A DNA stretch of 64,000 bases from an uncultured Gemmatimonadaceae bacterium. GTDB lineage: Bacteria > Gemmatimonadota > Gemmatimonadetes > Gemmatimonadales > Gemmatimonadaceae. Shown here one piece after another: positions 60,942 to 64,000 of this stretch. The notes below the pieces were generated by a model that worked only from the letters and a program-made list of their open reading frames with translations, was not told the DNA's origin and made no database searches. Each line of letters begins with the position of its first letter. Position 1 is the first letter of the stretch. The DNA lies in NCBI GenBank assembly GCA_963740355.1, contig CAVUDW010000003.1, positions 2,080,001 to 2,144,000 on the forward strand. Reading direction: 5' to 3'. Position numbers and translations under genes: made by a program.

Positions 60942-62381
60942 TCACGCCTCGACCGGGCCACTGACCGCGGCACCGTCACCTTGCTTCAGGCGCAGGAAGA
61001 CGGTGGCGGAGAGCATGGTGAGGGCGCCGAGGACGAGGAATCCCTGATGAATCCCATGAATCATCTGCGTCGAATCGGAGTGGAAACGATCGGGGATGAA
61101 GATCGCGGTGACCAGCGACGCGGCGGCGACACCGAAGCTGATCGACATCTGCTGGCCCGTGCTCGAGATCGTGCTGGCGCTGCTCGTCTCCTCCTGACTC
61201 AGGTCGGCGTAGACGAGTGTGTTCATGCTCGTGTACTGCAGCGAGGTGAAGAAGCCATAGATGAACACCATCGGCACGATCTGCCAGACGGAGGTGGTGG
61301 CGCCGATGGTGGTGAAGAGCATGATCAGCGCGCCAAGCGTGATCGTGTTCGAGAGCAGCACCTTGCGGTAGCCGAATCGATTGAGGATCTGCGGCATGAC
61401 CATCTTCAGGGTCATCGCCGCGACGGCCTGCGGCATCAAGAGCAGCCCCGACTTGATCGGCGAGAAGCCAAGCCCCACCTGATAGAGCAACGGGAAGAGG
61501 AACGGCAGGCCGCCGATACCGATGCGGGTGAAAAATCCACCGCTGATGGCCGCGCGAAACGTGCGCACCTTGAACAGCGTCAGCCGCAGCAGTGGGAAGG
61601 GTGTGCGAACCGCCTTCACGCCGTACGCCGTGAGTAGCGCTGCCGCGAGCAACAGCAATCCCGCGATGCGTGCACCGCTCAGCGTGTGTTCACCAAAGAC
61701 CTCCAGCACCCACGACAGCAGCGCGATGCCGCTGCCAAACAGCAGGAACCCGATGACGTCGAGCGGCCGATGCTCCTCGCTCCGGTAATCAGGCAGGTGC
61801 CTGAACACGAAGTAGAGGCCTGCCATGCCGATTGGAATGTTGACGAAGAACAGCACGCTCCAGTGGAGATACTTCACGATCACGCCGCCGATCACCGGCC
61901 CGAGCATCGGACCGATCAGCCCCGGAATCGCCACGAAGGTCATCGCCTTGATGAGCTCTGACTTGGCGAAGGTGCGCACCATGGTAAGTCGCCCCACCGG
62001 CATCATCATCGCTCCGCCACAGCCCTGCAGCAGCCGACAAGCGACCAGCACATGGATGTTGCTCGAGATCCCGCAGAGGAACGAGCCCAGCGTGAACAGC
62101 GCGATTGCGGACGCAAACACGCGGCGCGTGCCGAACCGGTCGGCCATCCATCCACTGATCGGGATGAAGACGGCCAGGCTCAGCGTGTAGCTCGAAAGCA
62201 CCGACTTCATGCTCAACGGCACCACACCGAGCGCAGCCGCAATCGTCGGCACTGCGGTGTTGAGGATGGTGGTGTCGAGCGATTCCATGAAGAACGCGAC
62301 GGCCACAAGCCACGGGACCAGCCGCTTTCCCGCTCCCTCCTTCGTCAGCGCTGCTTGCGCGTCGCTCAGCATTGTCGTCAC
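60942..62381 (-). CDS. DHA2-family MFS efflux transporter
   Basis: FFMESLDTTILNTA, GWMADRFGTRR, GPMLGP..GG, FFVNIPIG; many TM segments. Confidence 0.92.
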   Translation of the reverse strand: MTTMLSDAQAALTKEGAGKRLVPWLVAVAFFMESLDTTILNTAVPTIAAALGVVPLSMKSVLSSYTLSLAVFIPISGWMADRFGTRRVFASAIALFTLGSFLCGISSNIHVLVACRLLQGCGGAMMMPVGRLTMVRTFAKSELIKAMTFVAIPGLIGPMLGPVIGGVIVKYLHWSVLFFVNIPIGMAGLYFVFRHLPDYRSEEHRPLDVIGFLLFGSGIALLSWVLEVFGEHTLSGARIAGLLLLAAALLTAYGVKAVRTPFPLLRLTLFKVRTFRAAISGGFFTRIGIGGLPFLFPLLYQVGLGFSPIKSGLLLMPQAVAAMTLKMVMPQILNRFGYRKVLLSNTITLGALIMLFTTIGATTSVWQIVPMVFIYGFFTSLQYTSMNTLVYADLSQEETSSASTISSTGQQMSISFGVAAASLVTAIFIPDRFHSDSTQMIHGIHQGFLVLGALTMLSATVFLRLKQGDGAAVSGPVEA

Positions 62382-62501
62382 CCGAGCAACCTACAGACAT
62401 TTCACGGCAGTGCCGCAACACGCGACCCTGCCGTGAAAGAACGCCTGACCCTAGACCACGCGTTGCCCCATCAGGGTCTCGCCAGGGAAGATCGCGTGCC
62501 G

Positions 62502-63584
62502 CTAGCGCTTGCCGGTGAAGATCGCCTTCGGGATCATCACGTGCGCGCCAACATTTCCGTCCACGAGCTGCGTGATGCGCACATCACAGGCGACGCTGGT
62601 GAGCATGTAGGCATCGTCGCGGGTCATTCCCTTGACGGTGACGAGAAAGTCGATCGCCTGGCGAAGCGCCATCTTGGTGGCGACGACCAGATCCTTGTCC
62701 ATACCCATCGCAATCCAGTGCGTCGGCGTCTCGCCGCGCGGCCAGGTGAGCTTCAGGTCCTTGCGGACGATGACATCGAAGACGCCCGTCAGTGACGTCT
62801 CCAGCCCAGTGATGTCGACCTCACCATCACCCTGGCCAGCATGACCGTCACCCACTTCGAGCAGCGCACCCGGCACATGCACCGGGATGAACAGTGTCGT
62901 GCCAGCCACCAGCTCCTTGTTGTCGAGATTACCCGCGTGCAGGTTCGGCGGCGCACTGCTGATGCGACCCATCGACGGTGGCGGCGCAACACCGATACTA
63001 CCGAAGAATGGGCGCAGCGGAATGTCGATGCCTGGTGCAAAACGCGCCATCATCGCGCGTGAGTCGAGCGGAATGATGCGCATCTTCCGCGTCGGGAAGT
63101 CTTCTGGCAGGAAGCCCGATGTCGGCCCGAACGCGTTGTACGCGTACGGAATTGCGAGATCCACCTTCTTGATCCGAATCTCGAGCACATCACCCGGTTC
63201 GGCGCCATCGACGTACACCGGCCCGGTGAGGATATGACCGCCGGGCCCCTTGTCGGTGACGCTATCGATGATCGCGCGCAGCGCCGGCTCGACATCCTGG
63301 GGCAACACGCCGGCGGCCTCCAGCCGTTGTGGCGTCGACGTGATCAGCGTTCCTACCGTCAACTCATCGCCCGACGCGATATGCAGCACCGGCTTCGCAT
63401 CGGCCCAGTAATACCCCACCGCCACGGTCGATGGTGACGGCATCAAGCGATGCCGAGCGGGCTTCCGAACCTCGGCATCGCGCACGGAGCGACGCAGCGG
63501 AGGCGTCGCTCCGATCAACACCATCACCACTCCCAGCACACCAAGCGATACCGCAGTGCGACCGAGGCCAGCGCGAGTGATCAT
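62502..63584 (-). CDS. Acetamidase/formamidase family protein with signal-like N-terminus
   Basis: HILTGPVYVDGAEPGDVL, PFFG, GNLDN, GDGHAGQGDGEV, AYML.S. Confidence 0.88.
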   Translation of the reverse strand: MITRAGLGRTAVSLGVLGVVMVLIGATPPLRRSVRDAEVRKPARHRLMPSPSTVAVGYYWADAKPVLHIASGDELTVGTLITSTPQRLEAAGVLPQDVEPALRAIIDSVTDKGPGGHILTGPVYVDGAEPGDVLEIRIKKVDLAIPYAYNAFGPTSGFLPEDFPTRKMRIIPLDSRAMMARFAPGIDIPLRPFFGSIGVAPPPSMGRISSAPPNLHAGNLDNKELVAGTTLFIPVHVPGALLEVGDGHAGQGDGEVDITGLETSLTGVFDVIVRKDLKLTWPRGETPTHWIAMGMDKDLVVATKMALRQAIDFLVTVKGMTRDDAYMLTSVACDVRITQLVDGNVGAHVMIPKAIFTGKR

Positions 63585-63590
63585 GCGCGC

Positions 63591-64000
63591 TCAACCAACC
63601 AGCGGCAGTGACCGCGTCGGCTTGCCCGTCAACGCCAGCAACGCGTTGGCGACGGCCGGACCGATCACCGGTGTGGCGGGCTCGCCAACACCAGTCGGTG
63701 CCTCGCCAGAGGTCACGATGAACACCTCCACCTGCGGCATCTCGCTGGCGCGCAGCACGCGATACCGATCGAAGTTGGTGCTGACGACGCGCCCCTTGTC
63801 GATGTCGATCTTGCCGTACAACGCCGCACCGAGTCCGAACGCCACCGACCCTTCCACCTGGGCACGCACGATGTCGGGGTTCACCACCACGCCACAGTCC
63901 ACGGCGGCCGTCACCTTGTGCACGCGTGGCACACCATTCACCAGCGACACTTCAGCTACCTGCGCCACATAGGTCTCGAATGACTTGTGCACCGCCACGC
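63591..64000 (-). CDS. 3' end of a xanthine dehydrogenase-family molybdopterin subunit (IorB-like), partial
   Basis: [38 protein letters not shown]. Confidence 0.88.
   Translation of the reverse strand, partial: VAVHKSFETYVAQVAEVSLVNGVPRVHKVTAAVDCGVVVNPDIVRAQVEGSVAFGLGAALYGKIDIDKGRVVSTNFDRYRVLRASEMPQVEVFIVTSGEAPTGVGEPATPVIGPAVANALLALTGKPTRSLPLVG

Noticed and set aside
62400..62438. 11-bp inverted repeat TTTCACGGCAG/CTGCCGTGAAA as a riboswitch or terminator
   Set aside because: No U-tract follows it on the coding (minus) strand and I see no known aptamer motif; it is a real dyad but cannot be assigned.

Overview
GC-rich, gene-dense bacterial chromosomal segment. Gene content and intergenic repeat style suggest a Gemmatimonadota-like organism, but this is an unverified inference. 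I can support about 52 CDSs, mostly envelope, periplasmic and catabolic functions. These include three loci pairing GMC flavoprotein dehydrogenases with Tat-signal small subunits (four GMC genes, two as a tandem duplicate), M24/M1/M28 peptidases, ppk1, two PAS hybrid histidine kinases, a Baeyer-Villiger monooxygenase/esterase pair, prpE, an RND efflux system, a TetR-led ABC/HlyD/TolC exporter, msrA, a serpin, AlkD, a PQQ/heme-c dehydrogenase, an MFS transporter and an acetamidase. I saw no rRNA, tRNA, cas gene, integrase or transposase. The least explained signals are: a modular ~75-bp tandem array closed by an inverted module (57870-58265); a palindromic element with GCAGTT-type satellite tails present twice (30443-30706, 60611-60862); a membrane-anchored LuxR/DUF4199 pair with two candidate operators; an EVE protein with a histone-H1-like tail; tandem GMC paralogues diverged mainly in the substrate-binding half; and NagB-like and M24-like enzymes missing canonical catalytic residues. 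All assignments come from motif recognition by eye, and novelty cannot be confirmed without searches.
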